Assembly (NCBI GenBank): GCA_964494885.1
Contig: CAZBTH010000003.1
Span: forward strand, 5,983 to 69,982
Reading direction: 5' to 3'
DNA from: an uncultured Gammaproteobacteria bacterium
GTDB lineage: Bacteria > Patescibacteriota > Microgenomatia > UBA8517
Length of the DNA: 64,000 nucleotides
Shown here: one piece after another, positions 28,060-35,567 of the stretch
How positions within the stretch are numbered: position 1 is the first letter of the stretch
How the letters are laid out: each line of letters starts with the position of its first letter
Made by a program: the position numbers and the translations under genes
The notes under the pieces: model-generated
Told to the model about the DNA's origin: nothing
Seen by the model: the letters and a program-made list of their open reading frames with translations, nothing else
Database searches by the model: none

Positions 28060-28611
28060 TTATACACTGCTTTTTTTATACTCCATCCTCTTTTTAAACA
28101 AGTTCTCTCTAAAACCACCCTCTTTAATAAATTTCTCCTCGGTCCAACGAAGTTTTTGATCCAAAAGTTGGTTTGTTTGGTTTATTAAACAAAGCATGGC
28201 GTTGGCTGCAGCCTCGGGGTTCCCAATATAACTTTTATAAAGGTTATAATTTTTATAATTGTTATACGCAAGCCGTCGGACAGCTTGCGCCTCAGAAGAG
28301 CCCACTTCCCAAACCTTTAACCCTTTTTGTCTTAAGTAATCTTGATAGTCATTTAACAGTTCTTCTAAACTTCCTCTGGCAACACCTAAAAGTTTAATTC
28401 TGCCTTCCAGGCTTTTTTGCAAATATCCTTCAGCTATATTCTGTTTGCCGCTTCTTGCCGCCTGCTCCATTTGGTCTTTGGTGCGAGATTTGTAATTGAT
28501 ATAGAGTTTGCAAAATTCAACAGTAAAATCGTAAACAATTTCGCTTTGAATATAGAAAGGTAACGTTTTGTAACCCTTATTTTCCATTTTTACTATTTTA
28601 TTATAACCCAT
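28060..28611 (-). CDS. Four-helix-bundle protein (TIGR02436 family, long form; paralog of 16114)
   Basis: TVEFCKLYINYKSRTKDQMEQAARSGKQNIAEG aligns with the 16114 ORF. Confidence 0.6.
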   Translation of the reverse strand: MGYNKIVKMENKGYKTLPFYIQSEIVYDFTVEFCKLYINYKSRTKDQMEQAARSGKQNIAEGYLQKSLEGRIKLLGVARGSLEELLNDYQDYLRQKGLKVWEVGSSEAQAVRRLAYNNYKNYNLYKSYIGNPEAAANAMLCLINQTNQLLDQKLRWTEEKFIKEGGFRENLFKKRMEYKKSSV

Positions 28612-29708
28612 TAATCAGGCTTGGCATATTCGCTAATTACTTTCTCAAATATTTTTGCACACTTTTCGACCTTATCAGAATAACAATATTCATTCGCCTT
28701 ATGCATCTGTGTTATCTCCCCCGGACCGAATATTACTGTCGGAATTCCAATTTGCGTAAAAAACGGCATGTCAGTAGACCCCGGGAATGCCACCAGTTTT
28801 GCCTTTGAAACGTTTTTGACAATTTTGGCGATATCTTCGCCGCTTTCCGTAAACCCAAAGCTAACCGGCGGATAAAGGTACTCAACTTTACCAATTCTGC
28901 CTACAGATTTTTTTACAGCCTCAAAAGCAGTTTCATGTATTTCCGGAATGGTTCTAATATCGAATGTTGCGGAGCACGCATCCGGAAATTTATTTGGGGC
29001 TATTTCAGTTCCAGCCATGATAGAGGTGGCAAGGCTAATTGTAGGAAATCCTAAAATCTTATTCTTGTATTTCTTTTTCCACTCGGCACCCAAGTTATCT
29101 ATTCTTGATATCAATTTAAACATTCTTAGAACTGCATGATCAGATTTCTTAATTGGCTTGCTCCCATGCCCCGAGTCCCCCGTCGTAATCACTTTTATAA
29201 ACAAATTTCCTTTATGCGCGACACCGATTAACCCTAATCCTGTTGGTTCACAGACAATTGCTGATACTTTTTTATATACTTTTAGATGCTTTGTTGCCAA
29301 CCACTCAACTGTATCATTTGTCCCGTGACCATCCACTTCTTCCCCCACTGTAAACGTGAGAATTACATCACACTCCGGTTTTTTGACAGAAAATTCTTTT
29401 GCCAAAAGCATAAGTACCGCGACCGAAGCTTTATTATCGCTTGATCCAAGACCAAATATCTTGCCGTCTTTTCCGATTCCACCAAAAGGATCGTGTTGCC
29501 ATAGATCAATATCTCCCGGGCTTACCGTATCTACATGAGAATTAAATATCAGGCATTTTTTACTGTTTGACCCTTTTACGGCCGCAACCACATTACCTTT
29601 AATATTTATGGTTTTAAGTCCACAAGAGGTCAAGAAATCATAAATATATCCGATGATCTCCTTTTCCTCACCTGTCACAGAATTTATTTGTATTAACTTT
29701 TTTAACAT
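28611..29708 (-). CDS. M20-family metallopeptidase (ArgE/DapE-like deacylase)
   Basis: NSHVDTVSPG and GSSDNKAS metal-binding motifs. Size fits the family. Confidence 0.7.
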   Translation of the reverse strand: MLKKLIQINSVTGEEKEIIGYIYDFLTSCGLKTINIKGNVVAAVKGSNSKKCLIFNSHVDTVSPGDIDLWQHDPFGGIGKDGKIFGLGSSDNKASVAVLMLLAKEFSVKKPECDVILTFTVGEEVDGHGTNDTVEWLATKHLKVYKKVSAIVCEPTGLGLIGVAHKGNLFIKVITTGDSGHGSKPIKKSDHAVLRMFKLISRIDNLGAEWKKKYKNKILGFPTISLATSIMAGTEIAPNKFPDACSATFDIRTIPEIHETAFEAVKKSVGRIGKVEYLYPPVSFGFTESGEDIAKIVKNVSKAKLVAFPGSTDMPFFTQIGIPTVIFGPGEITQMHKANEYCYSDKVEKCAKIFEKVISEYAKPD

Positions 29709-30181
29709 TATTTGATGATAACCGGTGTGTCACAGCACACCTTTCCGGCTTTTTTAGCCTCTATAAACATCGGGCAGTTGACGCACTCACCCCAAACCTC
29801 CTTTGGCAACAAATCGGGATCTGTTAATATTTCTACTCCATTGTCCAAAAATATCTTTAAACTTTTTTCGTTACATAAAGCAAAAAGTTTAGCTTCTGGA
29901 AAAATCAATTTGGCCGCCGAAATTAGATCTTTGACCACTTTGTGTCCCAATCCGTGTTCTCTTTTGACCGGATCCACAATCACCGCCCCAAGTTCTTTCC
30001 AGCCATCTGGCCAATCAAATGTTATGGCTCCAAATCCGGCCACTTCCCCATCGCCATTTAAGACAACGATACCCCTTCCCTCTTCCAGAAATTTAAAAAT
30101 TTCTTCGGGACTTTTGGGTAGCATTGACCCCGACTCTTTAGTCCAATCTGATATTTTTATTGACACGTTTTCTCTTTCCAT
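29708..30181 (-). CDS. GNAT-family N-acetyltransferase with a C-terminal Cys cluster
   Basis: Acetyl-CoA-binding region GLGHKVVKDL. C-terminal CVNCP...CC. Confidence 0.6.
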   Translation of the reverse strand: MERENVSIKISDWTKESGSMLPKSPEEIFKFLEEGRGIVVLNGDGEVAGFGAITFDWPDGWKELGAVIVDPVKREHGLGHKVVKDLISAAKLIFPEAKLFALCNEKSLKIFLDNGVEILTDPDLLPKEVWGECVNCPMFIEAKKAGKVCCDTPVIIK

Positions 30182-30182
30182 G

Positions 30183-30219
30183 TGCGCCCGGCGGGAATCG
30201 AACCCACAACCACGGGCGC
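30183..30219 (-). ncRNA. tRNA-like minihelix (acceptor stem plus T-arm only) abutting the GNAT start codon
   Basis: On the minus strand: GCGCCCG-TGGTT-GTGGG-TTCGATT-CCCGC-CGGGCGC-A, followed immediately by CATGG, the GNAT start. There is no D-arm or anticodon arm. Confidence 0.5.
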
Positions 30220-30224
30220 AAGCT

Positions 30225-30267
30225 AGACTACGTTCTTTATTCCCCTTGGAACGTAGTCTCTTTTTGG
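30225..30267 (+). terminator. Strong hairpin plus T-run (plus-strand terminator-like) next to the minihelix
   Basis: AGACTACGTTC-13 nt loop-GAACGTAGTCT followed by CTTTTTGG. Confidence 0.45.
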
Positions 30268-30397
30268 ACTTATTTTGTTATGCAAAAGGTATATCTTGCT
30301 CCAGTTACACAAACAACTTTGTTGTCATTTGTGTTTTTATTACAACCTACAAGTAATAGCGACACCAAGGTCAAACAGGTAAGCAACTTCCTGATTT

Positions 30398-30637
30398 TCA
30401 TCGTCCACCTCGACTGTCAAAAGGGCTTGATTTTGGTGCATCCCCGGGCGGCTCCGGCGGATCATCGTCTACGAGAAGCGACCCAACGAACAGCAATATC
30501 GCTCCGATAGAAAATCCGTCCATCATGCCGGTTAATATTGGATGTGGCGGCCAGACACCCTCTTTGAACGCAAAAATTGCAATGAGCAGACTAAACCCAA
30601 GCAATATTGTGCCCAAATAACGAAATAACTTTTTCAT
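30398..30637 (-). CDS. Small two-TM membrane protein (79 aa)
   Basis: AAGGAG SD 6 nt upstream of the ATG at 30637. The track N-terminal extension (MHIKNVNIKN) is encoded by a 16-nt tandem repeat and is probably 5' UTR. Confidence 0.55.
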   Translation of the reverse strand: MKKLFRYLGTILLGFSLLIAIFAFKEGVWPPHPILTGMMDGFSIGAILLFVGSLLVDDDPPEPPGDAPKSSPFDSRGGR

Positions 30638-30689
30638 CGTATACTCCTTTTTTACGTTTTTTATGTTTACGTTTTTTATGTGCAACTTT

Positions 30690-30900
30690 GGGCCACAAAC
30701 CCTCCTTCGCGCAAGGCTTCGGAAGGGTCGCTAACGCAAAAAGCCCCGTTAGCGTCCGAGAAATAAATCTCAGAAACTAAAGGGGCTCTTCACTTACGGC
30801 TAGAGGGCGGCTTGCCACTCCGTAGCCTTGGCGAAGGGTGGTACCACCCTTGTTCAATTATCCTTAAAACCATCCAACTCCGCACGAGGCTTCGTTGGAC
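30690..30900 (-). other. GC-rich ORF-free structured region (candidate leader, riboswitch or ncRNA) upstream of the small membrane gene
   Basis: Several perfect hairpins: CGCTAACG...GTTAGCG, AAGGGTGG-ta-CCACCCTT, CCGCG-ttgta-CGCGG. Local GC about 52% against about 38% background. Confidence 0.4.
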
Positions 30901-30923
30901 AAAGAAAAACCGCGTTGTACGCG
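30901..30923 (-). terminator. Rho-independent terminator on the minus strand
   Basis: Minus strand reads CCGCG-tacaa-CGCGG then TTTTTCTT. Confidence 0.6.
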
Positions 30924-31125
30924 GTTAATTCAAACTTAAAGGACAATCCTTATTATTTGAGTTCTCCGTTTGACGACAAACTCTAGCTTGCTTTTACGGT
31001 AAGCTCCCGTCAGACATTTTGGTCTGCTGCTCGCAAGGCGCGAACTTGCTATGACGCATTTATTAGACTGGAGGTAATTGTATAATATTTGGACAAATTG
31101 TCAACCATCAATTGCCACCTATAGG

Positions 31126-31154
31126 ATTGACTATTAGGCAAAAATGTCCTATAA
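31126..31154 (+). promoter_or_regulatory. Consensus sigma70 promoter for the lipoprotein gene
   Basis: TTGACT-N17-TATAAT. Confidence 0.7.
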
Positions 31155-31224
31155 TTAGAACTTCCCGTTAGTGCACGTTTAAAAAAACCAACCCTATCCC
31201 GCAATTTCAAGTTTTGGAGGATCT

Positions 31225-31638
31225 ATGAAGAAAAATAAGTTGTTTCAGGCGATTGCCTCGATCTTGATATTGATTTTACTGGTCGCCTGCTCCGTGGAGC
31301 AATCCGAGACAGCACGCGCACCAACTGCCATTGCTGTTCCAGAACCCATATATTATGGGGACTTAACTTTAGACATAACCTGGGTACAGGAAAACAATGC
31401 GATCCACATCGTAGCGCACATGTTTCCACCGGCTGGATTCACGGCAAAACCGCAAGCACTCACAGTTTTGAACAGTGAACTTTTGCCGATTTTTTCGGCA
31501 ACTCTCAGCAACATAGGTTTCGACGAAACGAAATACATCACCCCCCAGACTCTGGCAGTCTATTTGGGTGAGAACGGTCCAATTTTTATTGAAGGGTATG
31601 GGGTTTACCATTACAATTTTACGGTAGCATACCCGTAA
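31225..31638 (+). CDS. Lipoprotein, hypothetical
   Basis: Signal peptide with lipobox LLVAC (MKKNKLFQAIASILILILLVACS). Confidence 0.65.
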   Translation: MKKNKLFQAIASILILILLVACSVEQSETARAPTAIAVPEPIYYGDLTLDITWVQENNAIHIVAHMFPPAGFTAKPQALTVLNSELLPIFSATLSNIGFDETKYITPQTLAVYLGENGPIFIEGYGVYHYNFTVAYP

Positions 31639-31745
31639 GCAAAACCGGATCAGTGTTATTTTTATTTCGCTTTTAACACTGATCCGGAAAGTTTCTTCAT
31701 TCCGCAATTTGATTTCACCCCTATTTTCGGATACAATTCCCCCAC

Positions 31746-32765
31746 ATGTCAAATGAAAGATTGGGCAGGCTAATATCAAATATACCTAATCCCACAAATG
31801 CCGAACTAGCCGAATTAGAAGCAAGGTATATTAAAAATTATCATTTTGATTACTCCGCAATCAAAAAAATAGACATCGACGACTTGTTGGACCTCCATAT
31901 CGCAGATATCCCCGAAGTCAAGTTAAACAGCTTGGAAGAAGATATCGCTCTGGCCAAACGCATTGAGAATGGAGGGGATGATGCCCAAGAGGCCCGTGAA
32001 GCCCTTTTTTACTCTGTTGTTTACATGGTAATCTCGGAAGCCTCCAAAAAAACAAAAGACAAACAAGAAATGATGGATCTAGTTCAAGAAGGAAATTTGA
32101 TTCTTTGGGAAAAGGCGATAGAAAAGTATGATTGGAGACACGGCTTCAAGTTTTCCACCTACGCAATGTGGTGGATCAGAAGCGCTCAATCCAGATATTT
32201 GAGTAGGAACTCTCGACCGTATAGGGTGCCAGAAAAGGTGATTCTTGATTCCAAAATAGTGGTGAGAACCTTCGACCGTCTTTCTGATGAGAACCAACAC
32301 AAACCCACCCTTAAAGACATCTCTGAAGTTACAGGAATAAAACCAGACAAGGCTCGAGAACTTTTTGATTTTGCAAAACAAAAATATGTTTCCCTCTCTT
32401 CACCCACGAACAAACGCGACGACATGGAAGTTGAGGAAACAGCAGAGGACCATAAATCATTACACGGCATAGCCCTGGAAGACAGCATTGACGAAAAAAA
32501 CCACATTGAGTTTGTAAAATCAAAGATAGTGGAAGAATTATCACACCTCATTCCAAGACAAAGAGAAGTTCTAAAGTTCAGGCTTGGAATTGGCAATCAA
32601 AACATATGGAATGGGGATTATATGCCATTCGAAAAAATCGGAAAAATCATGGGGGGTATTACAAGGGAAAGGGTTAGACAAATACAAAGAGATGGACTGA
32701 GAAATATTAAAGACAGAAAGATTCACAACCTCTTGATAACAATTTTATCTTCCAGCAAAATTTGA
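31746..32765 (+). CDS. RNA polymerase sigma factor, sigma-70 family (RpoD-like)
   Basis: Region 2.4 FSTYAMWWIRSAQSRYL. Region 4.2 MPFEKIGKIMGGITRERVRQIQRDGLRNI. Confidence 0.8.
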   Translation: MSNERLGRLISNIPNPTNAELAELEARYIKNYHFDYSAIKKIDIDDLLDLHIADIPEVKLNSLEEDIALAKRIENGGDDAQEAREALFYSVVYMVISEASKKTKDKQEMMDLVQEGNLILWEKAIEKYDWRHGFKFSTYAMWWIRSAQSRYLSRNSRPYRVPEKVILDSKIVVRTFDRLSDENQHKPTLKDISEVTGIKPDKARELFDFAKQKYVSLSSPTNKRDDMEVEETAEDHKSLHGIALEDSIDEKNHIEFVKSKIVEELSHLIPRQREVLKFRLGIGNQNIWNGDYMPFEKIGKIMGGITRERVRQIQRDGLRNIKDRKIHNLLITILSSSKI

Positions 32766-33608
32766 TTTTGAACGCAGGGTCGGCAACCAATATTTATTTC
32801 CATCCGTAACAAACTCCACATCTCCAATTTCATCGGTTCTCAAAACTTTTACATTGTATTTACCTAATAAGTCCAATATCTCTTTATGTGGGTGGCCATA
32901 AACATTGTTCTTCCCGTTACTAATTACCGCAACTTGTGGATTTAGAGCTTTTACAAGCATTTCAGACAAACCATTCTTGCTTCCATGGTGATTCACTTTG
33001 AGATAGTTAACCCCTTCGACTTCGCTCAGGGCTGATAGTCCATCACTAATTTTGTTTTCAACATCTGCTGTAAAAATAGCTTTAAATTGATCGTATTTAA
33101 GAAGTGTAACGATCCCCATGTCATTTGTGTTACCTGTTTCGGAGTTGCCCGAAAGGTTAAGTATATCTAACTGTATCGGACCCACCCTGATGATTTGCCC
33201 CATGTATGGTCTTATAACGTTCACCCCACTACCCCCCACCGCTTTCTCTAGCACTTGGTAATCCAGATTGCCAGAATCAATGTCATTATATAAATAATTG
33301 TCCAACTTATACCTTTTGAAAACTTCTATTAGTCCATAATAGTGATCCTTCTGCGGATGAGTTGAAATTACGAGTTCTATGCCCCGATCCCAAAAGGGAA
33401 CATGTTTACTCAAACATTCCAAAACCTTATTATTCGGCCCACCATCGGTTAAAATTTGAATATTTTTATAAACCACAAGAATTGCGTCTCCCTGACCAAC
33501 ATCGCAAGCAATGATATGAAGGTTTTCATCCGGTACTTGAAAAATGGCGATAAACAACAAAGAAAGTACAAGTGATAATAAAATAAATGTGTATTTCCAG
33601 ACCTTCAC
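32745..33608 (-). CDS. comEC: ComEC C-terminal part: one TM helix plus a metallo-beta-lactamase domain
   Basis: HIIACDVGQGDAILV, STHPQKDHYYG and VNHHGSKNG are ComEC MBL-domain motifs. Confidence 0.75.
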   Translation of the reverse strand: MKVWKYTFILLSLVLSLLFIAIFQVPDENLHIIACDVGQGDAILVVYKNIQILTDGGPNNKVLECLSKHVPFWDRGIELVISTHPQKDHYYGLIEVFKRYKLDNYLYNDIDSGNLDYQVLEKAVGGSGVNVIRPYMGQIIRVGPIQLDILNLSGNSETGNTNDMGIVTLLKYDQFKAIFTADVENKISDGLSALSEVEGVNYLKVNHHGSKNGLSEMLVKALNPQVAVISNGKNNVYGHPHKEILDLLGKYNVKVLRTDEIGDVEFVTDGNKYWLPTLRSKSNFAGR

Positions 33609-33625
33609 AATATTAAAAATTAAAT

Positions 33626-33707
33626 ATAAAAATGTAAAAATACAAATAAAAATTTAAAATCTTTGATGTTTTATATGTCATTTTGATTTTTAATATTTGA
33701 TTTTTTA
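33626..33707. repeat. AT-rich 80-nt element splitting comEC (copy A)
   Basis: ATAAAAATGTAAAA...AAAATTTAAAAT...TATGTCATTTTGATTTTTAATATTTGATTTTTTATTT closely matches copy B at 34789-34866. Confidence 0.75.
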
Positions 33708-34772
33708 TTTTGCAAACAGTTTCACTGTTTGCGCAAACCACCACAGCATAGGATAACCCAAATAAAGTATAAGCTTTCCCAAGCTAGGCATAATTAATCC
33801 GATAATCCCCCCAACGCTCCCCAAAATCATAATATAGGGAATTGTCCAAAGAACTAGGGCGTTGATCAAGGGAGACCATATATTAAACTGTCCAAATGTA
33901 ACAAACAGTATCGGTGCTACCCCAATTTGAGCCGCTAAAGACGTGGAAAGTCCTTCTCTAAGAAACTTGGGTATCTTAAGCAATTTAGAATGAATTCTTT
34001 TTTCAAAAAGTACAAGCGAGGCCGTAGAAACAAAAGACAGTATAAAACCGATATCGATAATCCAATTGGGATTATAAATAAGCATTACTCCTGCGGTAAG
34101 GAACAAAACACGCATGGTTGACACGATCCGACCTATTCCCTGCCCCAGAAAAATGACTGACGACATAATGGCCGCCCGCACGAGTGGTGCATCAAAACCC
34201 GACACAAAGAGATACAAAATAATACCTAACATAGCAAACACTATCGCTTTTTTTCTGGTTAAATACAATGTAAGAATTCCCATCAAAAAAGATACAACGA
34301 AAGTTACGTTGGTTCCTGATGCAACCACAACATGGGCCACTCCCGCAAGTTTTGTCTGATTATAAAAATCCGGTGAAAGCGCCCCTTTGGCCCCGATTAC
34401 GATTCCCGACAAAAGTCCCCCTTCCGGTTCGGGTAAAACTTTCTGATAAAAAGAAATTATGTTGTTTCGAAATAATGACGTATAACTTTTTGACGGATTA
34501 ATTTTCATTAATTTTGGGTCCTCTAATTTTCCACTGCCAACGGTTCCCTCAACAACAATTTTGTCGCCGTATGAAATTTCCGGGAAAAGCGGAAGATAGG
34601 TTCTAAGTTCCGCAACTTTTAAATATTGAGAGGTGGAATAACGGATGGGGTCGGAAAAAACTGTTGTAGTTATACGGACACGGTCACCATTGTGGTAATT
34701 TGGTAAAGTAAAATAATATCTTACCCCAATCAGCACTATCAGAAAAATAAAAATTGTCAAATTCCGTTTCAT
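33705..34772 (-). CDS. comEC: ComEC N-terminal part: polytopic membrane Competence domain
   Basis: LAGVAHVVVASGTNVTFVVSF is the ComEC Competence-domain motif. Many TM helices. Confidence 0.75.
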   Translation of the reverse strand: MKRNLTIFIFLIVLIGVRYYFTLPNYHNGDRVRITTTVFSDPIRYSTSQYLKVAELRTYLPLFPEISYGDKIVVEGTVGSGKLEDPKLMKINPSKSYTSLFRNNIISFYQKVLPEPEGGLLSGIVIGAKGALSPDFYNQTKLAGVAHVVVASGTNVTFVVSFLMGILTLYLTRKKAIVFAMLGIILYLFVSGFDAPLVRAAIMSSVIFLGQGIGRIVSTMRVLFLTAGVMLIYNPNWIIDIGFILSFVSTASLVLFEKRIHSKLLKIPKFLREGLSTSLAAQIGVAPILFVTFGQFNIWSPLINALVLWTIPYIMILGSVGGIIGLIMPSLGKLILYLGYPMLWWFAQTVKLFAK

Positions 34773-34788
34773 AATTCAAAAATAAAAA

Positions 34789-34866
34789 ATAAAAATGTAA
34801 AATGGCAATGGAAAATTTAAAATTTCGATATGTCATTTTGATATTTAATATTTGATATTTTATTTA
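34789..34866. repeat. AT-rich 80-nt element (copy B) in the comEA-comEC intergenic region
   Basis: See copy A; about 85% identical over roughly 80 nt. Confidence 0.75.
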
Positions 34867-35493
34867 ATATACACTTACCAAATCTTTTATCTTGTTATAC
34901 GCAGAACTCTTCAAAACACCTTTTGACAGCAATTCTTCAACGTTTGAGTACGGTCTGTGTTCAATTATGTTTTGGCCATAAACTTGGCCAATTCCAGGCA
35001 ATGAGTCGAGCTCCTGAAGGGTCGCTGTATTGATATTGACAAGGGGGCCCCTTGTCACCCCTAAAACGGGTTGATCTACTTTGATATCATCATAAGTTTT
35101 AGCAGTCAAGTTGTCTGACTGCTGATTGGCGTTGGGTATATACACCTTTTGTCCGTCTGTTAATTTTGCCGCGCGGTTTAGATATTTATCCGTCCAAACT
35201 CTGTCCGCGTTAACCGAAAACCCGCCGGAAACAACCAAAAGATCCTCAACGCGACTACCACCGGAAAGTTTATAAACACCCGGTTTAACTACTTCTCCAG
35301 CAATTTCCACTGTTAAGTCCTGACGAATGTCGAAACCTTCGTTATTATCAAGAATTTCAACCTTTGTTGATGGAGACGCCAGTCCACTTTTAAAAAAGAA
35401 AATCCCCGCGCCGGTAGCGATCAACCCCCCGAGAAGTATTAAAAGAGGATAACGAAAACGGTTTAACATTTCATCTATATTGAAGCTGTGCAT
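34864..35493 (-). CDS. comEA: Competence protein ComEA (SLBB plus helix-hairpin-helix DNA-binding)
   Basis: HhH motif INTATLQELDSLPGIGQVYGQNIIEHR. N-terminal TM anchor. Confidence 0.8.
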   Translation of the reverse strand: MHSFNIDEMLNRFRYPLLILLGGLIATGAGIFFFKSGLASPSTKVEILDNNEGFDIRQDLTVEIAGEVVKPGVYKLSGGSRVEDLLVVSGGFSVNADRVWTDKYLNRAAKLTDGQKVYIPNANQQSDNLTAKTYDDIKVDQPVLGVTRGPLVNINTATLQELDSLPGIGQVYGQNIIEHRPYSNVEELLSKGVLKSSAYNKIKDLVSVY

Positions 35494-35567
35494 TACTAAA
35501 CTATACTACGAAATTAATTACTTTTCCCGGAACCACACTTCGTCAAAACTTCGCGGGGCAAGTAATA

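Noticed and set aside
26196-28118. N-terminal extension of ArgS (MVLERTCLKRGWSIKKAVYNNYNYYKSYKIY) proposed by the ORF track
   Set aside because: The extension overlaps the upstream four-helix-bundle gene and is encoded by a low-complexity repeat. The conserved ArgS sequence begins at METRTKIL (28025).
16114-28611. A complete diversity-generating retroelement, given three Avd-like four-helix-bundle genes
   Set aside because: No reverse transcriptase (YxDD) ORF and no template/variable repeat pair with adenine-specific differences are visible in the window. Only the Avd-like family is present.
29712-30356. Plus-strand ORF of 214 aa antisense to the GNAT acetyltransferase
   Set aside because: It overlaps a well-supported minus-strand gene and the tRNA-like element, has no motifs, and is likely spurious.
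30690-31095. tmRNA, RNase P RNA, SRP RNA or 5S rRNA in the GC-rich non-coding block
   Set aside because: No tag-peptide frame ending in Ala-Ala-stop, no tRNA-like 5'/3' pairing, no GGAAAGTCCGG or ACAGAACCCGGCTTA P4 sequences and no GGAAGCAGC domain-IV motif were found on either strand. The region remains unassigned.
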